Position numbers and translations under genes: made by a program. Below, piece by piece: positions 10,241 to 19,220 of a DNA stretch of 64,000 nt. The DNA is taken from assembly GCA_963716255.1 (NCBI GenBank), contig OY970303.1:5952001-6016000 (forward strand), written 5' to 3'. This DNA comes from an uncultured Gemmatimonadales bacterium (GTDB taxonomy: Bacteria > Gemmatimonadota > Gemmatimonadetes > Longimicrobiales > Longimicrobiaceae). Numbering within the stretch: the first letter of the stretch is position 1; each line of letters starts with the position of its first letter. The notes under the pieces were generated by a model. It was not told where the DNA came from. It did no database searches and saw only the letters and a program-made list of their open reading frames with translations.

Positions 10241-10265
10241 TCCCGCGGACGCCAGCACCAGCCCT

Positions 10266-10400
10266 GCGTGAGGGATACGAGCGCGAAGCGGCGAGACCCG
10301 CGGGCAGTTTCGCGGGGCTCGCCTCCGTTACGCACGGTTGTTTCGTGCGTTACGGAGCCGCAGCCCGACCCGGCGCCAGCCGGGGCACGCCCGAACCCGC
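10266..10400 (-). repeat. structured repeat family B, copy 1
   Basis: reverse complement of GCGTG-CCCCGG..CCGGG-TCGGGCT...ATCCCT-CACGC scaffold. Confidence 0.9.
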
Positions 10401-10483
10401 CTTCAGAGCCGTCCCTCCCGCCGCTACATCCTTCCCGCAACGCTATTTAACACCCCGGCGTAGTCAAGCATGCGCGCCATTAT

Positions 10484-10523
10484 GTAAAACAAGCTTGACT
10501 TAAAGTCTACGACGCTTTACTTT
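10484..10523 (+). promoter_or_regulatory. sigma-70 promoter overlapped by two imperfect 16-bp palindromes (probable XRE operators)
   Basis: TTGACT-17bp-TACTTT; GTAAAACAAGCTTGAC (10484-10499) and GTCTACGACGCTTTAC (10505-10520). Confidence 0.6.
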
Positions 10524-10563
10524 GATGCCACGCCGGCAATTGATCGATACGAAACGGGGGACC

Positions 10564-10932
10564 ATGAAGAGCTCCATCCGCCGCGAGCGAGAGAAGAAGT
10601 GGATCATGCCCGGGATCATGGGGGGGATCACCGGGGCCATGGCAGCGAGCCGAGGGACGGTCTGGCTGTCGCAGGCGCAGCTGACGGTGTTCGGGCTGCT
10701 GCTGCTCGCCGTGCTGGTCTTTCACCTGTGGCGCTCCGACGAGCTGGAGCGGAAGCTCTCCCACGTGGCGGCCACCGTGGCGTTCGTGGGAACGGGGCTG
10801 GTGACGCTGGTCTACGGGCACCTCCAGGCGTCGGGCCTCCAGACACCCAACTGGGGCTTCCTCTTCCCGGTGATGATGGGGTTCTACATCCTGGCGTTGT
10901 GGGTCGGCATGATCCGCTACCGATACCGATGA
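10564..10932 (+). CDS. small 4-TM membrane protein (paralog 1)
   Basis: hydrophobic; shares LWRSDELER and GTGLVTLVYG with 11105..11491. Confidence 0.75.
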   Translation: MKSSIRREREKKWIMPGIMGGITGAMAASRGTVWLSQAQLTVFGLLLLAVLVFHLWRSDELERKLSHVAATVAFVGTGLVTLVYGHLQASGLQTPNWGFLFPVMMGFYILALWVGMIRYRYR

Positions 10933-11108
10933 GGAACCGCCTGCGGGTGCTCCGCGCGGAGCGCGGCTGGACCCAGGCCGACCTGGCGGACCGGCTGGAG
11001 GTGTCGCGGCAGACGGTGAGCGCGGTGGAGACGGGCAGTTGCGCCCCGAGCCGGCGAGGTCGCCCCGCCCGACCCACGCAAGGCAACGAACCCGGACCAC
11101 GCAGATGA
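10929..11108 (+). pseudogene. truncated XRE-family HTH regulator copy
   Basis: near-identical to 11488..11596 up to ...ETG, then unrelated tail. Confidence 0.7.
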
Positions 11109-11491
11109 AGAGAGCCACGCGGCGGGCACTGGAGAAGTGGATCGCGCCCGGAATCCTGGGGGGAGTGACGGGTTTCGTCGTGGGCCTGATGACCGAGGAT
11201 CCGGGCAACCCTCTGCTCGACCCCACGACGGCGCAGATGCAGGTGCTGACGGCGGGCGGGGTGCTGCTTCTGGGTGTGGCGGCGTACGACCTGTGGCGCT
11301 CGGACGAGCTGGAGCGGCGGCTGTACCACGTGGCCGCGACCACGGCTTTCCTGGGGACGGGGCTGGTCACCCTGGTCTACGGGCTCATGCAGCGGATGGG
11401 GTGGCCGGAGCTCAACTGGAGCGTCGCCTTCCTGGTGCTGATCGGGTTCTACTGCGCGGGGTGGTGGGGCGCCTGGCTGCGCTACCGATGA
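11105..11491 (+). CDS. small 4-TM membrane protein (paralog 2)
   Basis: paralog of 10564..10932; ATGA coupling on both sides. Confidence 0.75.
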   Translation: MKRATRRALEKWIAPGILGGVTGFVVGLMTEDPGNPLLDPTTAQMQVLTAGGVLLLGVAAYDLWRSDELERRLYHVAATTAFLGTGLVTLVYGLMQRMGWPELNWSVAFLVLIGFYCAGWWGAWLRYR

Positions 11492-11694
11492 GGAACCGCC
11501 TGCGGGTGCTGCGGGCGGAGCGCGGCTGGACCCAGGCCGACCTGGCGGACCGGCTGGACGTGTCGCGGCAGACGGTGAACGCGCTGGAGACGGGCAAGTA
11601 CGACCCCAGCCTTCCGCTGGCCTTCCGGATCGCGCGGGTGTTCGGCGGCAGCATCGAGGAGGTCTTCCAGCCCGACGACGAGCCGGGCGGGTAA
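11488..11694 (+). CDS. XRE-family helix-turn-helix transcriptional regulator
   Basis: MRNRLRVLRAERGWTQADLA...VSRQTVNALETGKYDPSLPLAFRIA. Confidence 0.92.
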   Translation: MRNRLRVLRAERGWTQADLADRLDVSRQTVNALETGKYDPSLPLAFRIARVFGGSIEEVFQPDDEPGG

Positions 11695-11704
11695 GGGAGG
11701 GGAC

Positions 11705-13120
11705 GTGATGGAACTCATCCACGAACGCGGGAGCTGTAAAACGGTGATCGCACATAGATGGACGGGGCCGCGGCGTGCCGCGGCCGTGCTGGCCGCCGCG
11801 GCGGTGCTGGGGCTGGCGCCCGCCCCGGCGGCGGCGCAGGACCCGCTCGCGCCGGGGCTGGCGCTGGCCACCTTCGACTCGGCGTGGGGCGTGATCCACC
11901 GCACGCACTTCGACTCCACCTTCAACGGGGTGGACTGGAGCGCGGTGCGGACGGAGCTGCGCCCCCGGGCGGAGGTGGCGCGGACCCCGGCGGAGCTGCG
12001 GGGCGTACTCCAGGAGATGGTGGGCCGGCTGCACCAGTCGCACTTCTACGTGATCCCGGCGGACGTGAAGGCGGGGCTGGAGGCGGAGGAGGGGAGCGCG
12101 AAGGCCGACGGCGCGCCGGGCGACGCGGGAATGGAGCTGCGCCTGGTGGACGGACGCTTCCTGGTGACGCGGGTGGCGACCGGCGGGGCGGCGGAGTCCG
12201 CGGGCGTGCGGACCGGGTGGACGGTGGAGGCGGTGGGCGACCGCGAGGCGGGGCAGGTGCTGGGGGCGCTCCGCGCGCTGGAGGGCAGCGCGGACCCGCG
12301 CGCCATCGAGCTGACCGGCTACGGGCGCATGACCGCGGCGCTGAACGGTCCGGCGGGCGAGCCGGTGCGCGTGCGCTTCCTGGACGGCGCCGGCCGGCCG
12401 GTGTCGCGCGACGTGACCCGCCGCGCCTCCACGGCCCTGCGCACGAAGTTCGGCGGGCTCCCCGAGCTGCCGGTGACGCTGGAGCGCGAGCGGCTGCGCA
12501 TGCCGGACGGGACCACCGTGGGGGTGATCCGTTTCGACCTGTGGATGCCGGCGATCTCCCGCGACTTCGACGCGGCGGTGGACGAGCTGCGCGACGCGGA
12601 CGGGATCGTGCTGGACCTGCGCGGCAACCCGGGCGGGGTGGGCGCCATGGCGATGGGGATCGCGGGGCACTTCATGGACGAGGCGCGCTCGCTGGGGGCC
12701 ATGCGCACCCGCGACACCGAGCTGCGCTTCGTGGTGAACCCGCGGCGCGTGGACACGCACGGGCGCGCGGTGGCGCCGTACGCCGGCCCGGTGGCGATCC
12801 TCACGGACGCGCTCTCCATGAGCACCACGGAGATCTTCGCCGGGGGGATGCAGCAGGCGGGGCGGGCGCGCGTCTTCGGCGGGACCACGGCGGGGCAGGC
12901 GCTCCCCTCGTACCCGCGCCCGCTCCCCAGCGGCGACGTGCTGGTGCACGCCTTCGCCTCGTTCGCCATGCCGGACGGCGCGCCGGTGGAGGGCAAGGGC
13001 GTCACCCCCGACGTGGCGGCGCCGCCCACCCGCGCGGAGCTGCTGGCCGGGCGCGACCCGGCGCTGGAGGCCGCGAAGCGCTGGATCTCGGAGACACGAG
13101 CGCGCGGCGCGAGCCGCTGA
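11705..13120 (+). CDS. S41 family peptidase with PDZ-like domain
   Basis: VLDLRGNPGG, SMSTTE, VEGKGVTPD. Confidence 0.88.
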   Translation: MMELIHERGSCKTVIAHRWTGPRRAAAVLAAAAVLGLAPAPAAAQDPLAPGLALATFDSAWGVIHRTHFDSTFNGVDWSAVRTELRPRAEVARTPAELRGVLQEMVGRLHQSHFYVIPADVKAGLEAEEGSAKADGAPGDAGMELRLVDGRFLVTRVATGGAAESAGVRTGWTVEAVGDREAGQVLGALRALEGSADPRAIELTGYGRMTAALNGPAGEPVRVRFLDGAGRPVSRDVTRRASTALRTKFGGLPELPVTLERERLRMPDGTTVGVIRFDLWMPAISRDFDAAVDELRDADGIVLDLRGNPGGVGAMAMGIAGHFMDEARSLGAMRTRDTELRFVVNPRRVDTHGRAVAPYAGPVAILTDALSMSTTEIFAGGMQQAGRARVFGGTTAGQALPSYPRPLPSGDVLVHAFASFAMPDGAPVEGKGVTPDVAAPPTRAELLAGRDPALEAAKRWISETRARGASR

Positions 13121-13197
13121 CGGAACCCGCGGCGGACCCCGTCCGCCGCTCCCGGCCGCTTACCGGCCGGCAACCATGAATAACCAAGGAGACCACC

Positions 13198-13980
13198 ATG
13201 AAGCACACTTCGCTTTCCCTGGCCGGCGCCGTCCGGCGCGCCGGGGCCGCCCTCTGCCTCGCGCTCGCCCTCCCGCTCACCGCGGCGGCGCAGCAGCTCC
13301 CGCCCGCCCGGCAGGTCATCGACCGCTACGTGGAGGCGGTCGGCGGGCGGGAGGCCATCGCTCGGCACCGGTTCCGCAGCATGGAAACGGAGATGTCCAT
13401 GCCGGCGATGGGGATGACCATGCCGATGAAGATGGTGATGGCCGCGCCCAACCGGATCGTGACCACGGCGGAGATGCCGGGCGCCGGGACGCTGCGCTCC
13501 GGGTACGACGGGAGCGTGGGGTGGCAGGTGAACCCCATGACCGGTCCGTCGATCCTGTCGGGGGTGGAGCTGGAGCAGATCGTCCAGACGGCCGACTTCT
13601 TCGGCCTGCTCAACTACGACAAGCTGTACCGCAGCATGGAGACCACGGAGCGCACGGAGATGAACGGGCGGCCGTGCTACCGGGTCAAGCTGACCACCGC
13701 CACGGGGCGCGAGTCGTGGCAGTGCTTCGACACCGAGACGGGGCTGATGGTGGCCATGGGCGGCAAGCAGGAGTCGCAGATGGGGAGCATGGAGATGACT
13801 TCGCTCCTTTCCGACTACAGGGAGTTCGACGGCATCCGCATGGCGACCCGCTCCACCAGCAAGATGATGGGGCAGGACATGACCATGACGGTCAAGTCCG
13901 TGAGCCACGCCCCGGTGGACGCGTCCGCCTTCGCGCTCCCGGCCGAGATCCAGGCGCTGGCGGCGGCCAGGCGGCCCTGA
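13198..13980 (+). CDS. secreted Met-rich protein, possibly LolA-like fold
   Basis: AAGGAG RBS, signal peptide, VIDRYVEAVGG...SDYREFDGI...F pattern. Confidence 0.6.
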   Translation: MKHTSLSLAGAVRRAGAALCLALALPLTAAAQQLPPARQVIDRYVEAVGGREAIARHRFRSMETEMSMPAMGMTMPMKMVMAAPNRIVTTAEMPGAGTLRSGYDGSVGWQVNPMTGPSILSGVELEQIVQTADFFGLLNYDKLYRSMETTERTEMNGRPCYRVKLTTATGRESWQCFDTETGLMVAMGGKQESQMGSMEMTSLLSDYREFDGIRMATRSTSKMMGQDMTMTVKSVSHAPVDASAFALPAEIQALAAARRP

Positions 13981-14006
13981 CCCTTACACGGTCGGTCGCC
14001 GTCCAC

Positions 14007-14035
14007 GAAGGGAGCCCGCCGCACGGGCTCCCTTC
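14007..14035 (+). terminator. hairpin terminator
   Basis: GAAGGGAGCCCG-ccgca-CGGGCTCCCTTC after the stop at 13980. Confidence 0.55.
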
Positions 14036-14128
14036 CTGCATCCGGGCGGCTCTTGACGGCGGCCGGGCGGCGTCGGATGATTGGGCTGCCCGCGCCGGTC
14101 CGCCCGATTCAACCAGGAGATCCCGAAC

Positions 14129-14404
14129 ATGGTCGCTGCCGTGGTGCTGATCCGCTCCGTCCCGGGCGACGTCCCCGCGCTCGCCCGCCGCATCGCCGGC
14201 ATCGACGGGGTGGCCGAGGTGTACTCCGTGTCCGGCGAGTACGACCTGATCGCGATCCTCCGGGTGCCGGAGTACGAGCGCATCGCCACCATCGTCACCG
14301 AGGAGATCGCGCAGGTCAACGGGATCGAGCGGACCAACACGCTGACGGCCTTCCGGGTGTATTCCAAGCAGGACCTGGAGCGGGCGTGGGACATGTTCGA
14401 CTGA
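14129..14404 (+). CDS. Lrp/AsnC ligand-binding domain protein
   Basis: GVAEVYSVSGEYDLIA...GIERTNT. Confidence 0.85.
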   Translation: MVAAVVLIRSVPGDVPALARRIAGIDGVAEVYSVSGEYDLIAILRVPEYERIATIVTEEIAQVNGIERTNTLTAFRVYSKQDLERAWDMFD

Positions 14405-14463
14405 TGACTTTCCCGGCGGCGGGAACGGCTACGGCCGGAACTGCGGGCACGGCGGGCACTGCT

Positions 14464-14654
14464 GGGTTTGGGCGTGCCCCCGCTGACGCGGGGTCGGGCT
14501 TCGGCTCCGTAAGCGAGCAAACAACGCTCGCTAACGGAGTCGAGCCCCGGCGGAAACAGCCCCGCCGGGTCTCGCCCCTTCGGGCCGTAATCCCTCACGC
14601 GACGGCGGGCCCCCTCCCCCCGGCCCCCTCCCCCGCAAGCGGGAGAGGGGGAGA
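14464..14654 (+). repeat. repeat family B copy 2 (14464-14600) plus module D
   Basis: scaffold match; CCCCGCAAGCGGGAGAGGGG hairpin follows. Confidence 0.9.
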
Positions 14655-14696
14655 ACTGCATACGGCCGGGTCGTTCATCCATTTCCCCGCGACGTC

Positions 14697-16181
14697 ATGA
14701 CACCCGCAGGCGCTGCGCGCATGGACGCACCGGGGCCGCTCGAAGCGGCCGCGCAGGGGGGCGACGCGGAGGTGGTCGCGCGGGCGCGGCGCGTGTTCGA
14801 GGCGCAGAGGGCGCGGCGGAGGTGGGCGGACCCGCCGTCGGCGGGCGAGCGGATCGCGCGGCTGGAGCGGTTCCGCGCGGCGGTGGCGGGGCACCGGGAG
14901 GCGCTGGGCGCGGCCATGCGCGCCGACTTCCGCAAGCACCCCACCGAGACGGAATTGACGGAGGTGCAGCAGGTGCTGGCGGAGACGGGACACGCCATCC
15001 GCCACCTGCGCCGGTGGATGAAGCCGCGGCGGGTGGGGACGCCGGCGCTGCTGGTGGGGACGCGCAGCGAGATCCGCTGGGAGCCCCGGGGCACCGTGCT
15101 GATCCTGGGGGCGTGGAACTACCCGGTGCTGCTCACGCTGGCGCCGCTGGTGGCGGCGGTGGCCGCCGGCAACACCGCCGTCGTGCGCCCGTCGGAAAAG
15201 ACGCCGGCCACGGCGGAGGTGCTGGGGCGCATCGTCGCGGACGCCTTCGCGGAGGACGACGTGGCGCTGGTGGGGGGCGGGGTGGAGGTGGCCGACGCGC
15301 TCCTCGCCCTCCCCTTCGACCACTTCTTCTTCACCGGCAGCGCGGCGGTGGGGCGAAAGGTGATGCACGCCGCGGCGGAGCACCTGGCCAGCGTCACGCT
15401 GGAGCTGGGAGGAAAGTCGCCCGCTCTCGTGGACGCGTCCGCGGACGTGGCGCGCGCGGCGGAGCGCATCGCCTGGGGCAAGTTCATCAACGGCGGGCAG
15501 ACGTGCGTGGCGCCGGACTACGTGCTGGTGCACGAGTCGCGCGCGGCGGAGCTCCTGGACGGGCTGCGCCGCAGCGTGGCCGCGTTCTACGGCGGCACGG
15601 CGGAGGAGCGGCGCCGCAGCGAAAGCTTCAGCCGCATGATCGACGACCGGGCGTTCGCGCGGGTGGCGGGGCTGCTGGACGACGCGGTTGCGGCGGGGGC
15701 GCGCGTGGAGACCGGCGGCGAGACGGACGCGGCGGAGCGGTACGTGGCGCCCACGGTGCTTTCCGGCGTGGGCTGGGAGATGGCGGTGATGCGGGAGGAG
15801 ATCTTCGGGCCTGTGCTCCCGGTGCTCGCCTTCCGCTCGCTGGACGACGCGCTGGAGCGCGTCGCGGAGCGGCCCAAGCCGCTGGCGCTGTACCTGTTCG
15901 CGCGGGACGGCGCCGTGGAGGAGCGGGTGCTGCGGCGCACCACGGCGGGAGGCACGGTGGTCAACGACGTGGTGATCCACCTGGCGAACCCGGACCTGCC
16001 GTTCGGCGGGGTGGGGGAGAGCGGGCAGGGGAGCTACCACGGCCGCTTCGGCTTCCGCACCTTTTCGCACGAGCGGGCGGTGCTGGTGCGCGGCCGCTTC
16101 AGCCCGGCGGCGCTGCTGCACCCGCCGTACACCGAGCGGGTGAAGCGCTTCGCGAAGCTCGTGGGGCGCATCGTCGGCTGA
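14697..16181 (+). CDS. aldehyde dehydrogenase (ALDH3-like)
   Basis: FTGS, LELGGKSP, GQTCVAPDY, EEIFGP, PFGGVGESG. Confidence 0.95.
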   Translation: MTPAGAARMDAPGPLEAAAQGGDAEVVARARRVFEAQRARRRWADPPSAGERIARLERFRAAVAGHREALGAAMRADFRKHPTETELTEVQQVLAETGHAIRHLRRWMKPRRVGTPALLVGTRSEIRWEPRGTVLILGAWNYPVLLTLAPLVAAVAAGNTAVVRPSEKTPATAEVLGRIVADAFAEDDVALVGGGVEVADALLALPFDHFFFTGSAAVGRKVMHAAAEHLASVTLELGGKSPALVDASADVARAAERIAWGKFINGGQTCVAPDYVLVHESRAAELLDGLRRSVAAFYGGTAEERRRSESFSRMIDDRAFARVAGLLDDAVAAGARVETGGETDAAERYVAPTVLSGVGWEMAVMREEIFGPVLPVLAFRSLDDALERVAERPKPLALYLFARDGAVEERVLRRTTAGGTVVNDVVIHLANPDLPFGGVGESGQGSYHGRFGFRTFSHERAVLVRGRFSPAALLHPPYTERVKRFAKLVGRIVG

Positions 16182-16187
16182 GGCAGA

Positions 16188-16403
16188 CCCCCCTCCCCCG
16201 GAACGGGGGAGGGGGGCGAGCCCAAGCGAGCCGGGTGGGGGCCCCAGCGGACGCCAGCGCCACCCCCGCGTGAGGGATTTCGGCCCGAAGGGGCGAGACC
16301 CGCGGGCAGTTTCGCGGGGCTCGACTCCGTTGCAAACGGTAGTATCGTTTGCTACGGAGCCGAAGCCCGACCCCGGCGCCAGCCGGGGGCACGCCCGAAT
16401 CCG
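16188..16403 (-). repeat. module D plus repeat family B copy 3 (16268-16403)
   Basis: scaffold match on minus strand, between convergent genes. Confidence 0.9.
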
Positions 16404-16419
16404 ACGTTGCCGTAGCCGT

Positions 16420-18828
16420 TCAGCGCCCCTCCGGACGCAGCGTCATCCGGTGCACGGCGCGCGCCTCCGCCCGGGCACGGTCCAGCGGAATCGGCCACAG
16501 CCGCCCCTCGCGCCACATCTCCGTCTGGTCGCGGTAGTGCGGCGAGAACGGGAGCCCGGACTGGCCGGTGGGGATCACGAACCCGCCGGCGCCGTCCACG
16601 TCGCCCATGTCCACCACGTGGCGCTGGCTGGGGCCGTAGCCGTTGACGAAGGGCAGCCGCTGTCCGCCGTACCCCGCCACGTTCACCGTGTACGGCGAGC
16701 CGCGGTTGGGGAACGGGCCGATGTTGAGCCCCAGCGCCCGGTCCAGCGCGCCGATCACCCCCAGCGGGTGCTCGATGCGGGTGACGTGCAGGTCGCCCCA
16801 GCTCTTCGCCCCCACCTCGCGCGCGGCCTCGCGCATCGCCTCGGCGGACAGGCCATCCAGCGTCTCGGCCTGCGGCGTCGTCACGTCGTCCACCCAGCGG
16901 CTCCCACCGGCGTCCAGCACGGCGTTCAGCGCGCTCCGCGGAAAGTACACCTTTTCGCCGCGGAACTCGTCGCTGCCCACGCGCCGCCGCAGCGCCTCGT
17001 ACCAGGCGTAGAAGAGCGCCGCGGCCCGCGAGTCTACACGCGCCTCGCCGTTCCAGGCGCGCAGCTCGCGCTCCGCCGCGGTGTCGCCGGCGGCCCGCGC
17101 CGCCGCCACGGCCCGGGGGAGGTGGCGGAGCGCGTGGGCGTCGACCACGTCCACCTGCTGGCGCGCCACGTCCGCCGCGGTGAGGCCGCGGCCGCGCTCC
17201 ACCATCTCGCGGATGCGCATGGCACGGTACGGCTCCGCCCACTGCGCGGCCACGCGGTGCGGGTAGTCGGGGCCGGCCTGGCGGTTGTTTGCGGTGACGA
17301 CGAAGCCCTCGGCGGGGTTCAGCACGTGCGGGTGCTCGTCCCACTCCAGGTAGCGCGTCCAGTCGCCCTCGCCGGTCCAGCCGGGGACGGGGAGCACGCC
17401 GTCGCCGGAGCGGCGCACGGGAACGCGGCCGCCCATCCAGTAGCCGAAGGCGCCGTCCGCGTCCGCGAAGACCACGTTCTGGTGCGGGCTGCGGAAGTCG
17501 CGCAGCGCGGCCAGGAACTCGCCCGCGCTGCGGGCGCGGTTCATCCCCATCAGCGCGCGGAACTCGGGCGAGGGATCGTGCGCCGTCCAGCGCATGGCCA
17601 GCACGCGCCCTCCGGCGCGCGGCTCCACGTCCGAGAGCACCGGCCCGTGGCGGCTCGCGCGGACGCGCTGCACCACGGGGTTGGCGCCCTTGACGCGGAT
17701 GGTCTCCTCGCGCACGGCGAAGCGCTCCCACCCGCCGGGGGTGCGGTAGCGGGTGGAGTCGCGCGGGTCGGTCTGCTCCACGTAGAAGTCCACGTCGTCC
17801 ACCATGGCGTTGGTGAACCCCCACGCCACCCGCCGCGTGTGCCCCGCGACCACCACCGGCACCCCGGGGAGCGTCATCCCCGCCGCCTCGATGCCCCCGC
17901 CGTGGATGCCGGCCAGGTACCACAGCGAGGGCGCCCGCAGCGCCAGGTGCATGTCGTTGGCGAGGATGGGCCTGCCGGACTCGGTCCGGGCGCCGCCGAT
18001 CACCCACGCGTTGGAGGCGCGGGCGACGGACACGCCCTCCAGCAGCGCGCGGGCGCGCGGCGGGATCTCCGGCACGGCGATGCCCGCGACGGGGCGGAGG
18101 ACGCGCGCGGTGTCGGCGGCGGGGAGTGGGCGGGGTGCCGCGTGGGCCGCCGTCTTCCCGCGCCACCGGGCGTCCGCGCCGGTGATGCGCGCGCCCCACT
18201 CCGGGTAGGCGGGACTCAGCTCGCGCGCCAGCTCCGGCCCCACCGCGTCCGCCGCGGCCTGGAGGTTGAGGCCCACGTCCCAGTCGGCCAGGTCCCACGC
18301 CATGATCTTGGCGATCGCCAGGGAGTTGCGGACGGTCCACGGCTCCGGGCGGAAGCGCAGCACCACGAACTCGGGCGGGAGGGCGCCGGAGTGGCCGCGG
18401 ATCCAGGCGTTGACGCCGTCGGCGTAGGCCTGCATCAGCGCGCGCTCGGCGGGGCCCAGCATGCGCTCGTTGTCGGCGGCGGCGCGCCCCATCCCCACGG
18501 TGCGCAGGAACCGGTCGGTGGCGACGAGGTCCGGACCCAGCACCTCGGCCATGCGTCCGTCGGCGACGCGGCGGAACAGCTCCATCTGCCAGAGCCGGTC
18601 CTGGGCGTGCACGTAGCCCATGGCGCGGAACAGGTCGGCCTCGCCGGCGGCCCAGACGTGCGGCACGCCCAGCGAGTCGCGCCACACCTCCACCGGCGCG
18701 GCCAGGCCGGCGAGCCGAGCGTCCTCGCCGGGGTCAGGGGCGGCGGAGCGCAGGTACAGGTAGGCGCCCCCGGCCGCGGCGGCGGCGAGCGCGAGGAGGC
18801 CGAGCAGGAGGTAGCCGAGCTTCTTCAT
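16420..18828 (-). CDS. penicillin acylase family (Ntn hydrolase)
   Basis: GVPHV, GYVHAQDRLWQM, beta-chain SNAWV...LANDMHL, PTGQSG. Confidence 0.93.
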   Translation of the reverse strand: MKKLGYLLLGLLALAAAAAGGAYLYLRSAAPDPGEDARLAGLAAPVEVWRDSLGVPHVWAAGEADLFRAMGYVHAQDRLWQMELFRRVADGRMAEVLGPDLVATDRFLRTVGMGRAAADNERMLGPAERALMQAYADGVNAWIRGHSGALPPEFVVLRFRPEPWTVRNSLAIAKIMAWDLADWDVGLNLQAAADAVGPELARELSPAYPEWGARITGADARWRGKTAAHAAPRPLPAADTARVLRPVAGIAVPEIPPRARALLEGVSVARASNAWVIGGARTESGRPILANDMHLALRAPSLWYLAGIHGGGIEAAGMTLPGVPVVVAGHTRRVAWGFTNAMVDDVDFYVEQTDPRDSTRYRTPGGWERFAVREETIRVKGANPVVQRVRASRHGPVLSDVEPRAGGRVLAMRWTAHDPSPEFRALMGMNRARSAGEFLAALRDFRSPHQNVVFADADGAFGYWMGGRVPVRRSGDGVLPVPGWTGEGDWTRYLEWDEHPHVLNPAEGFVVTANNRQAGPDYPHRVAAQWAEPYRAMRIREMVERGRGLTAADVARQQVDVVDAHALRHLPRAVAAARAAGDTAAERELRAWNGEARVDSRAAALFYAWYEALRRRVGSDEFRGEKVYFPRSALNAVLDAGGSRWVDDVTTPQAETLDGLSAEAMREAAREVGAKSWGDLHVTRIEHPLGVIGALDRALGLNIGPFPNRGSPYTVNVAGYGGQRLPFVNGYGPSQRHVVDMGDVDGAGGFVIPTGQSGLPFSPHYRDQTEMWREGRLWPIPLDRARAEARAVHRMTLRPEGR

Positions 18829-18942
18829 CTGGAGGTTCCGGCGTGCGGACGGGAGGCGGCGCTTCGGCGGGGTGCTCCGACAAGGTGCGGGGGGCGATGT
18901 TGATAGGTCAAGGCGGGGAGCTTTTGCGGATGGTGTCGCGGG

Positions 18943-19100
18943 GGGCCGCTCCGGAGCCGGACGATACTGCCGTCCGTCTCCTGCGCGGGCTCCGGGAGCC
19001 TCGCCAAACAGCCGGCGAGTCTCCCTGCGCCGGAGTGAGCCAGCCGAACCTGCCCGGCTGTCTCCCTCCGAACAGACTTTGAGGGGTACTGCGGAACTTC
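18943..19100 (+). repeat. repeat family A, copy 3
   Basis: three hairpin units and GGGTACTGCGGAAC tail. Confidence 0.9.
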
Positions 19101-19112
19101 AAGGACAGGAAT

Positions 19113-19202
19113 CCCTCCCCCAGAATTGGGGGAGGGTGGCGGCTCTCGGGCCGCCGGGTGGGGGCCCTCCGCGGGCGCCAGCCGGGGGCACGCCCAACCC
19201 CT
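19113..19202 (-). repeat. module D plus internally deleted family B remnant
   Basis: CCGCGGGCGCCAGCCGGGGGCACGCCC joins the linker directly to the B end. Confidence 0.75.
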
Positions 19203-19220
19203 GTCGTCCAGGGCCTTTCC

